A stretch of DNA of 64,000 bases from Octopus vulgaris (GCA_951406725.2 OX597832.1:16988001-17052000), one strand, 5' to 3'; shown: positions 28,768 through 43,094, numbered from the stretch's first letter. A program made the numbers and translations. Notes: generated by a model not told the origin, from the letters alone.

Positions 28768-29150
28768 AGGAGCACTCCGTCGGTTACGACGATGAGGGTC
28801 CCAGCTGATACGATCAACGGAACAGCTTGCTCGTGGAATTAACGTGCAAGTGGCTGAGCATTCCACAGACACGTGTACCCTTAACGTAATTCTCGAGAAG
28901 ATTCAGCGTGACACAGAGTGTTACAAGGCTGGCCCCTTTGAAATACAGGTACAACAGAAACAGGAAGAAAGAGTGAGAGAAAGTTGTGGTGAAAGAGTAC
29001 AGCTGTGTTCACCCCCCCCCCTGCAGGAGTCTTGTGAAGGTTTAGCTGTTTTCGCTCAATAAACACTCACAATGCCTGGTCTGGGAATCGAAACCGCGAT
29101 CCTACGACCGCGTGTCCGCTGCCCTAACCACTGGGCCATTGAGCCTCCAC
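28768..29150 (-). mobile_element. Third-family-related SINE
   Basis: Head ggaggctcaatggcccagtggttagggcagcggac...ggtttcgattcc. Homologous to 46540-46870 (plus) and 34850-35032 (minus). Confidence 0.8.
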
Positions 29151-29649
29151 AATAACAAGAATGTAACATTCAAATGTATTACCCTTTAAGCCAACGTTTT
29201 CCTATTGTTGTAACTAATATTCCGTTTATGTTAATGGTGTTGTTCTTGTCGCTGTTGTTATTGTCGACTATGAATTTAGTGAGTCGTAACAAGGAAAACT
29301 CTGCACGTTTTGAGAAAACTAATTTGCTTTCCGTTGAATATAAGTTGTTTTTATCACCTCATTGAGTTTGGAAACTATGTGGTAGCTGGGGAAACAGATT
29401 TTTCTCGGAAAAATTTAATTGTTCAGGAAGGGAAATAGTAAAATCTATTTGTTTCTCGCTATAGACCAGCCAAAACGATACGTGTTACAGATAGTCACGG
29501 AAATGGTGTCAGGATGAGACTATCACGATAAGAGTAATAACTCCCGTCTGCCTAAGATTAACAGTGATAAAACTGCATCTCAGTAAGAACAAAATCACGA
29601 AAAAGAAAAAAAAAACACCATTACAATGTAAACAACAACCAAAAACGAT

Positions 29650-29852
29650 ACAGTTCTATATTTAAGATATGAAGAATTATGTACATCATTTACATTATTT
29701 ACATTCGATGGATATTTGTCTTCATCTTCTTTGTTGTTAACACAACGTTTAGGCTGATATACCCTCCAGCCTTCTTCAGGTGTCTTGAGGAAATTTAATA
29801 ATACAAGATGAGGACAAATATCTGTCGAATGTAAATAATGTAAATAATGAAG
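29650..29852 (-). mobile_element. Penelope-like terminal fragment with short inverted duplication and decayed hammerhead core
   Basis: ~29685-29728 is inverted at ~29805-29850. Minus strand ctgaaga-a-ggctg...cagcc-taaacgtt. Confidence 0.5.
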
Positions 29853-30399
29853 CAAAACAGGTGATATTCAACAGGGACTATCTTGGAGTTGTACAGCTTG
29901 CTAAAAATTGCAGCCAAACTGTATTTAATGTAGAAACAAAGACATTGGATAACGTATACTTTGACAACTATTACAAGATGGTATGATGAGCTTCTGAGCT
30001 ATTGTCAACTGAAATACACATTCAAGAGAAAAAATGTTAAATAAAACTCTGAAATAATATAAAAAAACTTGATAGAATGAGAGAGCGTCTACGCAGTTGG
30101 TTCAGCTATTTCGCTGCACCAGAACAGAGGCCATGTCTCTCTTAAATCAGATTGACGTCTATAAATGAAGGAAGGGCATGTTTGATAATTCGTCCTAATG
30201 TAGGCAACTGAACTTAAGATGGGATGGACACGCTAGAAATGTCGCCTGAGAAACAATTTGTTATTAAACCTCAACACAGAGAGCAACCCGGAGCACGAGC
30301 AAAGAAGAGATGCTCTATTCTGTCATCGGAGCTACAAGAAATTGAAACCATACCCTTCTGAATAAAAATCTACTAATAGTTTTATAATTTCCTTAATTT

Positions 30400-31072
30400 T
30401 CCTGGTTTCAAATGGCTAGCTATTACAGGGAGGGTGTCCAGTTGATTACAACGATCCCAGTGATTCATTGGTATTTATCTAATCGATCCCGGAAGGATGA
30501 AAAGCAAAGTCGAGCTCGGCAGAATTTGAATTCAGAGCATAAGGACAGACGAAATACCGATAAATATTTTGCCAGGTGTTCTAATGACGCCGAAAGGATG
30601 AAAGGCAAAGTAGACCTCGGTGGAATTTGAACTCAGAACGTAGCGGCAGACAAAATACCTATTTCTTTACTACCCACAAGGGGCTATCTTCAGAGAGGAC
30701 AAATAAGGACAGACAAACGGATTAAGTCGATTATATAGACCCCCGTGCGTAACTGCTACTTATTTAATCGACCCCGAAAGAATGAAAGGCAAAGTCGACC
30801 TCGGCGGAATTTGAAATCAGAACGTAGCGGCAGACGAAATACCTATTTCTTTACTACCCACAAGAGGCTAAACACAGATATGACAAACAAGGACAGACAT
30901 AGGTATTAAGTCGATTACATCGACCCCAGTGCGTAACTGGTACCTAATTTATCGACCCCGAAAGGATGAAAGGCAAAGTCGACCTCGGCGGAATTTGAAC
31001 TCACAACGTAACGCAGACGAAATACCGCTAAGCATTTCGCCCGGCGCGCCAACGTTTCTGCTAGCTCGCTGC
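30400..31072 (-). mobile_element. SINE cluster: old copy plus a partial unit plus two tail-A units
   Basis: Junctions at 30659/30660 and 30843/30844, spaced 184 bp. Confidence 0.85.
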
Positions 31073-32803
31073 TTCTGTCCAAGCTATAATAATAAGAAGC
31101 AAAAATGCAGTTCGTATTATTTGCTCCACTCCGTAATATCTGTTTATGAGCAACCATTATAGCTGCAGTAACAAGTAACAACAGCAGTAAATGAAACAAT
31201 GGCAATCAATATCGAAAACAACTCTGGATATTACAACGAAGGATTAGTGAAACAAAAAGATGTTGAATAAAAAGATAATCTAGCTGTTGTTATAGCTGAA
31301 ATGATCAAAGCATGAAATTCTGCATCTTAGAATGACAAACGTAAGAGAGCTTTGTGCTTTGGGAGTTCACCTCGCAGCTCAAATTATAATCTCGTTTCAC
31401 GTCTAAGCTGATGGAAAATTTCAAGGTAATGCCTATCACATATAACAGTCCTCCGTGAACTGTAAAGTTTGATAGATATAGAAAGGAGAAAATCCATAAA
31501 ATCCAGCAAGTTGGAACGTTCTGTCTCCAAGTCCTGCAGCTGAAATGAAGTTGATTTTGAGAAGGAAAAAGTGAAACAATGGCAGTTGAGCAAATTTATA
31601 TACACAAGTGGCCGGAATGAGAAATTGAAATTAAATTAGATTGTGTTGCGTATAATATAGTAGTGATGGAATGAGAGAGACTCGAGAGTATCTACATCTC
31701 AGCTTGAACACTGCTAGCAATCTACACAATGCTAATGAAATTCTTTGACTGCCATTGCTGGAAAACTTTCTTCATGCTCATATAAAACTTTTTTTAAATC
31801 TATTTGACGTCGAATGTTGTTTGATTTAGAAGCTGGCATTGCAGCCACATGGTTTCTGGTTCAACCTCATCCCGTTACGCTTGGAACAAGTTTCATTTTC
31901 CATAGTATGTGTATATGAATACACACGCGCGCACGTATGTATATACATACATAAGTTCATACCTACATATATTCTGCCTAAATAAATGGATGTACAAGTG
32001 CAATATCTTTACATAACTTACATCCATTTTCTTTTATCTCCTCCACCTCACTTTTTATTTCATATCTCATCTAAATTAACTTTTTCTTAACCATCCTCTC
32101 ACACCGTCTCCGATGAAGGGATATAATAAATATCCTGGAATCAACTGTAAGACCTTCCATCTATAAATCTTCTAAAATCTACACAGCCTTGGTTTTTTTT
32201 AATCTCATTGCGAAAAAAAAAATTATATATATATAAAACAAATGATAAAGATGGAAAATGGAATGCATGAGAAATTTTATTGCTCATAACGTTCGTTTCG
32301 ACACATCTTGCTTCGATCACTCGCGGGTGGGTAACTATGCAACTAGTTGTGGTGCATCCTGCGGTGCGGAAGCGTCTCGTCAGGTGATTTGATAATTGTT
32401 TTATACTCAACGTACACAAAAGAATTCTTGGGGGTAGATCCAGCTACATCTGTGTAATTACCGTAGATGACGTCGTGTACTCGTTTTACTAGGAACTTAA
32501 ATATGTTTGTGTGTATGTGTGAGTGTGTGAGGGTATAGCTCACAGGTTTCCAAGGAACTGAATACTGATTGAGTTCTATTTTAGACACGGGTGTGAAAGT
32601 GACATATATGGTAATCTTTATTTTATAGGCACAAAGGGATAATATATATTCAAGCAGTTTGAGAGGAGAGTCATTTCAACCATAAACTACGTTTAACATA
32701 TTTTATTCAATTATCGACCGAGGAATGATAAACGGCAAATTCGAGCGTAGTATACAAAAATACCTAAGCTATATAGCGCAATGATAATTTTCTGACTTTT
32801 TTG

Positions 32804-32875
<72 letters not shown>

Positions 32876-33230
32876 TATATGCACCACGAACCTGACTTCA
32901 CTTCAGAACTGCTGTATCAATGCCAAGAGAATATCAATATTTCGTGGAAATATATTAAACGGATGTGACGTGTTCTACAATCAAACTCAGGAAAAGTAAA
33001 TACTTAAGTTTAAGCATAAACAGAACGCTTAAACATTCATATTTATGATACATATATACATACATAAACATGCAAATATATACAAATACATGACACACAC
33101 ACACACACATATATAATCACACGTATATATTCTTATATGTCATATGTATGCGTTTGGGTGTATGCAATTACATATATATGTAAGCTTATTTTTACTATAT
33201 GTATATATATATAAATTACAGATATAAATA

Positions 33231-33266
<36 letters not shown>

Positions 33267-33353
33267 ATATGCGCATAGACACACGCAGTTTTTAAACATA
33301 TATGCATTCACAACACATACATAATCATATAGATGCATATATATGTATGTATA

Positions 33354-33410
<57 letters not shown>

Positions 33411-34849
33411 CTCTTTCGCTTAAAGACATGATGTCTTATTTTACCGCATACGTTTTTAGATATTTTTTCAATATTTTTTCTTAATTCTTGGATTAACTTT
33501 GTCAAGTACATAATTACCAAAAATGTCTACATTTTATATATATATATATGTGTGTGTGTGTGTCTTTTAAGTATGTATAAACGTATGTGCTTATGTATGC
33601 TCTTATATGTACATATGCAAAGATACATACATACATATATATGTATATATATATATGTATATATATATGCATACAGACATTTATAAATAGATAAAATTAT
33701 GCCCTGTGCACATAGAGAAATGCTTAATACCAACATATGGAATGCAAACATATGTATATATAGATATATATACATATCCATAGATAGATAACTAGATAAA
33801 CAGATAGATAGATATCGCCCTTAAACTATAGCGTTCGTATTAAGTACTCACATTTCGTAAACATAAATAAACACACCGTATTTCAGTAATCTATTTTATT
33901 TTATCTTATTCTATTTTATTTTATTTTATTTTATCTTTCGAAGGAAACTTACTAATGAAACCAGTTGGAGGCATCAAGTTACTATCAGATGTAAAATTTT
34001 GAGTGTTTTCATATTCAAGTAAAAATATTTATTTTTGTAAAATTGCAACACATCAGTTGAATGGTATTTTAGTTCAACTACAGAGTATTTTTGGAATAGT
34101 GGCTGGTTGGTTGATTCGTTGAGGAATTTGGTGGTCAGTCAATCAGAGAATTTATCAAAGAAATGTACCCATTTTTTGCTATTCGCTACATCTTCTCATC
34201 ATAGTTGCGCTGAGTACATCTTCTCATCATAGTTGCGCTGAGTCCATCTCTATATTATTCACCATTCAGCCATACAAATCACTGTATAATTTTTATTGTT
34301 GTTTTTGTTTTATAGCCCTATTATAACCCACTTGTGCTGGTCTATAGTCAAATTGATTCTATCCGTGACTATTACTTTTTAAGGTTTCCGTTTCTTTTCA
34401 GGATCACCAAACTATTTAGTGCATTCTTCTTGTAGGCATTTCAGTGCTGTGAAATTCGAGAGATACTTTTGTGTGCTATTATCGTACATATTGAACTTCC
34501 ACATAAAATCCACTCTGTTGTCTTCTTCTTCTTCTTCTTCTTCTTCTTCTTCCAATGAGGACTCTCGCCATTAGCCACAAAGAATAATCTCTAATTCGAA
34601 AATATTCTAAGCTACTAAGAATGCGTGTGGCAACTTGAAGATCCACCCACCACATTTCGATAGACTGGCGGTTACACGGGCCCGAAAGCTACATTGTTAT
34701 CCTCATTCGTAAACGGTAGCTTTTAACGGGTGGAGAGCTGGACCATCCTGGGGTACAGAGGATTCGCAATCTAGACTCGGGTCTGAAAGTTTTACCACAC
34801 CATAGTGGGTTGCACCATGCTTCTTCTGCTTTGTGGCAGAAGTAGGAAG

Positions 34850-35032
34850 AAAGAGAGAGAGAAAGTTGTGGGGAAAGAGATCTGCACCCCCACCCACCCA
34901 CCCACAGCCGGATCCGCGTGGAGCTTAGGTGCTTTTGCTCAATAAACACTCACAATGCCCGGTCTGGGAATCGAAACGGCGTTCTTACGGCCGCGAGTTC
35001 GCTGCCCTAACCACTGGACCATTGCGCCTCCA
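34850..35032 (-). mobile_element. Third-family-related SINE, 5' part
   Basis: Same tRNA-like head and ctttctctcactctt body. Confidence 0.75.
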
Positions 35033-36148
35033 CCCCGACTGTTGTCATTGGTATGGAAGAGGCAACGAAATACGACAGGTAGTATTATAAATACGTCACC
35101 ACTATGGAACTTAGCTTGTAACATGCAAGACCGTCTTAGAATTATTTAAGGACCCCGAGCATATCTGTGCACAGAACCATATAGTATTTATTTATTGCTA
35201 GCAACCCACAGCATATATACATTACAAACAAGTCCCTAACCTGCGAGGCCCCTGTGCAAATGTCCAGTGTGCCCTTGCCTGTATACGGCATTCATGACAG
35301 GCTCAGTTTCTCCTCGCTCGTTATGAAAGCCATGTGTGACAGACCACCAGTATATCCACAGATATTTTTGTGTTATCTTTTCCTAATCACATGTGGTGAA
35401 ATGTAGTTTCATACAGCCTTATTTCTGGTCCATGTGATACTTGATGACGAATGCCACAAGCGTTGTGCAATTCGAGCTATATAAAAGTCATACACGGTAA
35501 TTTTATTTGAAATTTATGGAGTGTGACCGCATCCATTCCCTGCTTTTTCAGCAATTATTAATACTATCAGTGAGGTCGAAATAGTTTTAGGAAATTAATT
35601 CGGGAAGATTTTAGATCTGTTTTTTATTCTTTCGTTTGTTAGATTACGGATAAATGATCACTTCGTCGAAAGAAACAGCTTTAATAGAATATTCATATTA
35701 ATTGTGCTGTCATTATGTTCTGAGCTCAAATACAATTGGTGTCAACTTTGCCTTCCAATATTACGGGATCGATAAAATAAGTACTAGTTGAACACTGGGG
35801 TTGGCTTAATCAACTTAATTCTCTCTTTAAATTCTTGGTCATGGGCCAAAATGTGAAACCGATATTTATTTATGTTCTGACTCAAATACAGTCAGAGTAG
35901 ACTTGACCATTCACCCTTTCGTGGTCGATAAAAATATTACCATTTGAGCATCGGCGTTAATGTTATTGACTTGCGCTCTCCCCCAAATTTGTGTCCGTTT
36001 GCCAAAATTTTAAACCAATATCATATTAATTGTGTCCTTCTTCTACACGATTTGCTAACTGAATATATTCAAATCAGAAGCATTACCAATTCCTGTAACT
36101 GCGTGACAATGTCAAATGTGTAACTATCTACACCGCACACGAGTCAAC

Positions 36149-36445
36149 GTGGAGGAACAGGGTCAGGTGGCTAGAGCAGCGGACTCGCGGTCGAGGGATC
36201 GAAGGTTCGAATCTCAGTCCGGGTGATGTATGTGTTTATGAGCGAAACACCTAAGCTCCACGCGGCCCCGGCAGAAGGTAATGGCGAACTTCTTTTGACT
36301 CTTTCGCCACAACTTTCTCTCAGTCTTTCCTCCTACATCTTGCGGCTCACCTGCGACGGGCCGGCGTCCCGTTCAGTTGGGGAACCTATACGCCAAGGAA
36401 ACCGAGAAACCGACCCTATGAGCCAAGTGTGGCTCGAGAAGAAAG
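36149..36445 (+). mobile_element. Third-family SINE
   Basis: Reverse-complement homology to 10828-11262 without the insert. Confidence 0.8.
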
Positions 36446-36825
36446 GAAAAGAACACGAGTCAAAGACCAATGTCTCTAAATTCGCTCGGCTTTATAGAAT
36501 TAGAAGCTAAGTCTAATACACATCTTACAGTCTTAGACCCTAAAACTTGAACAACGTGGTCGATGCCACCCTCAACGTTATTACAACGTCATTACTCAAT
36601 GTGGGTCGTTATTTCATCTTCATGCGTGCTACCCTGGTTGGGGGCTGTGGGCTTGACAACATGAACAACGAAAATGATGACAGGGTGATATGCTTGCACT
36701 TCATATCATCAAGAGTATCGATGATTGATGATTTAATTTGTGTTGGTATCTCATATACTCACATGTCTACATATTTTGTTAAGAAGATAGGCAATCAAAT
36801 GTATATACTAGATCCCAGCATTATT

Positions 36826-36857
<32 letters not shown>

Positions 36858-37759
36858 ATACTCCTACTACCACCACCACTAATTGTAGAAGCAGTAGCGC
36901 CAGCAATATTTGTAGTAACCATGATTATGATTATATATTGAGTTTTAGTACAGGCCTAGTGCAACATAATATGCAAGTTTGACTTCTTCATCATTATGGA
37001 TGAAGGATGAATAAAACGACATGCTCTTCCGTTAGGACTTGAAACTAGGGTGTCAAAGAAAGTAAATAAGTACCACATGGCATTTAATGCGATGCCCAGC
37101 GTATCTTGCATGGGATTTGATCTCGTAGCAACAAGTTTGCGGACAAAAATACAGAACCACCTTCACTATTACAGTTTCAAAGAAGTGATACATCGATATT
37201 GTTTCAACTGGGGCTATATTACACACAGGAAAAGGTGATGCCTTTACCAAATCTATTAGAATTAAAGATGAAAGTAAATATCTGTGAATGTGATATTTGC
37301 TATGACAAGGAATTTTGTTGCTTCAACGGTAGTTGTAAGAAAGCAATCAATATGGTTTCCGATTTGAAGGAAGAACTAAATATGAATACCGAAATATCCT
37401 AAAGTATTTAAATTTACAATTTTCTTAAATAGTGTTAACATCTGGAGTTTCAGACAAATTGAAACCTTGGATTACAAGGATATAGTTAAAATGTATTCTC
37501 TTATTAGTACAAAGCTTCTCTTGAACATGTTAAACTGCAGATGGTAAAATTTGGAGATGAATATTAGGTTGGAACGAAACTCCTGGCCCATTCCAAATAA
37601 GGAAGAAACAAGTGTGTCTTCGTGTTTTTGACTCATAATCAAGATATTGTTTCCTCTCATTATTGATAATATAATCGCATCTATTTGGTAAATTGTTGGT
37701 CTCTTGGACGTAAAAGTCTGCAAATTTTGAAACAGTGAAACACTCAATATCATTTTTAG

Positions 37760-38480
37760 CAATCGATTAATGCACTTTTTTTCCTAATAAATAATGCTGC
37801 AAGGATCTGAAAAGTTGAGAGTCAGATGGATCTAGGTCGTGAGAGGACGGAAGATCGGTCAAAACATCCGTATTTTGTGCCATAATCTTTATCCAAAGGA
37901 ATTGGACGCTATATACATTATTGTATATGAGCAACTCTTTTTAGAATTAAACAATGATGACCACTTAATTTCTTAAAATTTTGTTTCAATAGTTCCAAAC
38001 CTCGAAAAATTACTCCCCATTAAGTATTTTGCCTTAGTTTTAAAAATCACAATAAACAACACCGTTCATTTTACATCAAACGGAGAGTATAAGCTTTTTT
38101 TTTAAATCGGGTATAAACTTGTTTTAGGGATAGAGTTTGCCCTTATTTTAGTGGGTGCCGTCCATTCTCATTCATTGGATATGATTATAGTAAACCCATA
38201 TTTCAACGTGATATTGAACTCTGAAATGGTTCGGTAGCAACACTATTCTTCAACGACGAGCAGAGGACAGCACTTTGGTTAAGCTGAGAAACATGAAAAA
38301 TAACGAGAAATATACTGACCAATTTTACACATGGTGTTTTTGATCGAATGTGAATGGAACCCTTTTACTAATTCTCGTGCAGTTTGCACTGGATAGTCCC
38401 CAACTATAGTTTTCAGAAAGTCAATATTAACAGATTTTGGTTGTCCAGATGAAGAAACATTTTCCAAGCAAAGCTGTGCA
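37760..38480 (-). pseudogene. Mariner (DD34D) transposase fossil
   Basis: SGQPKSVNIDFLKTIVGDYPVQTARELV (cf. RSGRP...DDxLKxxVE.NP.QTTRELA), WVYYNH, KLILSV*CKMNGVVY and DVLTDLPSSHDLDPSDSQLFRSLQHYL (cf. HPPYSPDLAPSDYHLFRSL). Confidence 0.75.
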
Positions 38481-39611
38481 CACACTTAAAGTTTCATTTC
38501 TACAGACAAACGAATAATACTTGCTGCTAAAAAGTTCTTTATGAATTCAAAAAGTACACAGGTTCTGATAAGGTTCTGATCTAAACACATTTCTAAGCCA
38601 CAGAATCGATAGGAATTTAACCACTATGGTGTCAAGTAATGTGTAAAGAAAGGATAAAGCAATAGAAAATAAGATTAATGCTCGTTTAAACGTAAGTCAT
38701 GAAGAAGTACTCTTGTTCATGCCAAAAGTGTGACAGTACATTATTTCCAACCTATCGATGTAACTACCATTTCGTGATGCAATGTCCAGGAAAAGAAATC
38801 GATTCAAACTGAAACTGTCTATCACTTGAAAAAATAATTTACTGCATTGAATTCGAAATCCATTTTCCGAATTTGGCTATTACGGTAGAACCACCAAGTA
38901 GAGATTTTTGCTTCAAGAATGAATTGAGTTTCAGAAAAAAAAAATACAGAAAGTATGTACGAAAATTTAAAATGATTTTACAGCACAATACTTCTGAAAT
39001 CCATCTACAATGGAATAATTTTGGACGGACTTGTACTCTAAGTTTACACTCTCTCAGCGGATGCATTAAGATTTTTTTCCCATTTGCATCGACTTACGTA
39101 AGTTAAAGTAGATTTTCTTGCTTGATACAAATCACATTCAATAAGAGGGATTATCTTGCAGTTGGAAGTGATATTTGTTGTATACCTTTCAAGTACCAAG
39201 TCAAACATTGAAGAAACTCTAGTCAGTGGCAAAACAATTTAAAGAGCGCCAACTCTTAATAACACAGTTAAAGCAGACATCTCACACGCAAGAGCAAGTT
39301 CGTGTTGTTTTATCATGAAGAGGTTTAACAAATAAAATTTCATGTGTTCTATTTTTCACGTAAAAGTTTCAGCAAAAATTTAGATATATATATATATATA
39401 TATATAGTAAATACGAAAAGTAATTTCTGTGTGTCAGTGTGTCACACACGACCCCACTCTCTCACTATTCATTCAAATCGTTTCCGTCATTTACTACCAC
39501 TTGACGGTCGTGCCTTGCACCCCGATCACGCCTCGCCAATGTAGAACACCACCTCTTCAAATACCTGTGGAGGGGACAGTTTCCATTGGTGAGACGGTCC
39601 ATCTACTGCCA

Positions 39612-39842
39612 GGCGGCGAGCTGGCAGAAACGTTAGCACGCTGGGTGAAATGCTTAGCGATATTTCGTCTGCCGTTACGTTCTGAGTTCAAATTCCGCCG
39701 AGGTCGACTTTGCCTTTCATCCTTTCGGGGTCGATAAATTAAATACCAGTTACGCACTGGGGTCGATATAATCGACTTAATCCGTTTGTCTGTCCTTGTT
39801 TGTCATATCTGTGTTTAGCGCCTTGTGGGTAGTAAAGAAACA
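39612..39842 (+). mobile_element. Solo full-length tail-A SINE with 17-bp TSD
   Basis: TSD ggtccatctactgccag at 39596-39612 and 39843-39859. Confidence 0.9.
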
Positions 39843-39879
39843 GGTCCATCTACTGCCAGCACCCTCTACACGGAGGGCT

Positions 39880-41190
39880 GAGCATACCAAAACTAATGAT
39901 ATGCATACGAGAAATAAGCGCAGAAAAAGCTAAGCGCATGAAAATCCGTGCTAAACTGCTGCCTTAGATATTCTGACTGATGAATGGCAAGAAAAACCTC
40001 TCAATGGCAAATACCAAAAGAGACCGAATAATGCCGATGTTGACAAAGCCCTGATCCATCAATGGCTAATGGCCTCTGGCTTAAAATCTGAAATAGAAGG
40101 CTTTATCATAGCAGCTCAAGATCAATGCCTACATACAAGAAACTACCAGATCAACATATTAAAGAACGTCAGTAGCCCAACATGTCGTGTATGTCAAATA
40201 CAAAATGAAACCATTGATCATGCTGTCTCCAAGTGCAGTCTTCTTGCGCCTACAGAGTACCTCAAAAGGCATGATAGAGCTGCACAATATAATCACTGGG
40301 TAATTTGCAAAAGCCTGGACTTGCCACATGATAAAAACTGATGGGAACACAAACCACCTGCAGTGCTTGAAAATGATCCTCTCTCACTCTTCTGGAACTT
40401 CACCATTCAAACAGACAGAAAGATAGATGCAAATAGGCCAGATTTGGTTTTGTATTTAGTGTTGTACTAGAGAATGCATTGGTATTGCTAGGTAGCAGTC
40501 AGCTCCTTTTGCTATCATTCTCAGGGAACCTATAATAACAGGTATTGTTTTAGTCTTCAGGTTCCACATTTTGCTAATTTCTATTTCAAAATCTTTAAAT
40601 TTCCCCAGGTTTTGGTAGGGCTTGACAGATAGGTTTATATCGTTTGGGACAGTCATATCAATGAGGAGGCATGGTATTTGCTATCATCAGGAAACCCCAA
40701 ATCATATTGAAAGACTTCAGACAAATACCATGCCTCCTCATTGATATGACTGTCCCAAACGATATAAACCTATCTGTCAAGCCCTACCAAAACCTGGGGA
40801 AATTTTAAGATTTTGAAATAGAAATTAGCAAAATGTGGAACCTGAAGACTAAAACAATACCTGTTATTATAGGTTCCCTGAGAATGATAGCAAAAGGAGC
40901 TGACTGCTACCTAGCTCAGATACCAGGAAACCCCAAAATGACAGAAATTCAAAAGATAGTGCTCATGGGAACTGCTCATATCCTACGCAAAATACTTTCT
41001 GTGTAATCTCAAGGTTTAAAACACATAATTTTCGTATGGTTTTTTTAGGCATTCTCTAGTACAACACTAAATACAAAACCAAATATATGGCACACTAGGC
41101 ATAACAACAACATGAACTTCCAACCTGTTGTCTCTTGAGGTATCTGGGTGAGACTTGGAGCCAACTTATGCAAATGTAAAGCAAAAGTCT
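39880..41190 (+). mobile_element. 5'-truncated R4/Dong-like non-LTR element (CCHC + restriction-like endonuclease region, 3' UTR)
   Basis: WQEKPLNGKY, EIEGFIIAAQDQ, CRVC...ETIDHAVSKC, YLKRHD, LFWNFTIQTDRKIDANRPD and LIDMTVP motifs. Contains stops and an internal rearrangement. Confidence 0.85.
40487..40915. repeat. 194-bp inverted duplication inside the R4-like element
   Basis: 40487-40680 is the reverse complement of 40722-40915 (one mismatch seen). Confidence 0.9.
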
Positions 41191-41231
41191 ATTCGAAATC
41201 TAGTTTGTTTTCAACATTTTGGTGTTGTTAA

Positions 41232-41447
41232 AGCGTCGAGCTGGCAGAAACGTTAGCATGCCGGGCTGAATGCTTAGCGGTATTTCGTCTGCTGTTACGT
41301 TCTGAGTTCAAATTCCGCCGAGATCGACTTTACTTTTCGTCCTTTCGGGCTTGATAAATTTAAGTATCTGCTGCGTACTGGGGTTGATCTTATCGACTGG
41401 TCCTCTCCACAATATTTTCGGGTCTTGTGACTAGCGGTAGAAAATAT
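41232..41447 (+). mobile_element. Tail-B SINE, uninterrupted
   Basis: Full head and core; tail ttttcgggtcttgtgactagcggtagaaaata. Confidence 0.8.
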
Positions 41448-42049
41448 TACGTTCGGCTTTGTTCGACTTTGCTACCATCATTTCGGGGTCAATTAAGTAA
41501 GTACCAGTTGAATATTATTAGTGGCGTTGTAACTATAGTAGAAGGCGTTATACTTGGTATTGCTATTTTTGTATTGTTTCTTTATTTCTTCTTTTCTCTG
41601 GGTTTTTTGTTAGTTTGTTTGTTTGTTTGTTTTTTTACTTTTCTAACAGCTTTCACCTTTTCAGCTATTGTTAGATTTCGTGTATGTTCCAACAATCTTC
41701 AGTTGTAATAGAAATCCAATACAAAAGAGAAGGAAGGAAAAAAGCAATGGTGAGAATGGAAGGGATAGGAGGCGGAGGCGGGGGAGAGAGAGGAGAGGCA
41801 GGAGGAGGAATAGTTTTCTTTTGAAGTATTTTCATTTTATTTAGTAGCAAGTGTTTTGGTATAATTTCATATTTCTTTTCATTAAAACTCAAGAAATAGA
41901 GATTTTTATTCTCTTTTAGTGTCTACTAATCTCTGCTTTGTTATTAGTAATAACCATTGTAGTCATTGTTATCGTTGTCGATCCTCTTGCTGATGTCGTT
42001 GTTGTTGCTGTCATTGCGGTTGTTTATGGTTCATATCTTATAACGTCCA

Positions 42050-42148
42050 CTATGATGATGAGTCTGATTGCACCTAGATAATAGTGATGATGATGACGAT
42101 GATGATGATGATAATAATAATAATAAGATGATAATGATGATGATGCTG

Positions 42149-42180
<32 letters not shown>

Positions 42181-42329
42181 AATAATAATAATGATAATAA
42201 TAATAATAATAATAATAATATGATGATGATGATGATGATGGTGACGACGAGGTTGACGATATATACGATGACAATCAAGACGATAATAAGGACGACGGTT
42301 ATGATGATGGCAACGATGACGACAACGAA

Positions 42330-42364
<35 letters not shown>

Positions 42365-42440
42365 CGATGATGATGATGATGATGAGGGTGATGGTGACGA
42401 CGACGACGACGACGACCAACATGATAATGATAATGATTTG
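42050..42440. repeat. (GAT/AAT/GAC)n trinucleotide low-complexity tract
   Basis: Directly visible. Confidence 0.95.
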
Positions 42441-42752
42441 TTATATGTTTGAAAAATAAAAAAAATAAGAGAAATGACCATGATACTAATTTTGTCATGA
42501 TCATAATTAGTAAATACGATGGTGATGATGATGTTGATAATGTTGTTATGATTGTCTTTTTGTTTTCTCTATTTCACTTCCGAAATCTGTGCTTCATTAA
42601 CGAACAAAATACTGAATTATTTACAGCGATATCTCTTTCGTAATAAATTATGCCGAATTCCTTCCATTAAATTCATTTTTTTACTTTGATTTAGAATTGA
42701 CAAGAGTTTATGCCATTGTTTGCACAAACTTATATATATATACAATTATGCA

Positions 42753-42939
42753 TAATTATTAAAATTATAATTTAGGGTATCTAAGAGATACCACCACGCT
42801 TGAAATAGCAGTTAAAACTTGATTCTAAAACCACATTAAAAGTTTTAATTTTTTATTGTGTTTTTAGAGTCAAGTCTTGGCTGCTATTTCAAGCGTGGTT
42901 GTATCTCTTAGATACCCTAAATTATAATTTTAATAATTA
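42753..42939. repeat. ~187-bp imperfect palindrome
   Basis: taattattaaaattataatttagggtatctaagagatac... / ...gtatctcttagataccctaaattataattttaataatta. Confidence 0.9.
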
Positions 42940-43094
42940 CTACCTTTGAAGGCTTTTATTCCCTTGCAGGCCACTTGATAAGTTCGAAAATTATATAACG
43001 ATCTTATCCTTATTTATATAAAATGATGCATATGTATATATAATTTTCAATGTATCTATATGACGAAAAATATATATATATATATATATATATT

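Noticed and set aside
38500-39330. Possible pogo/Tigger transposase remnant (FQPIDV)
   Set aside because: A single weak motif; insufficient support.
39557-39757. Recurrent ORF MRNWYLIYRPRKDERQSRPRRNLNS (also at 19806, 30929, 47796)
   Set aside because: Antisense translation of the SINE core; its length and frame vary between copies.
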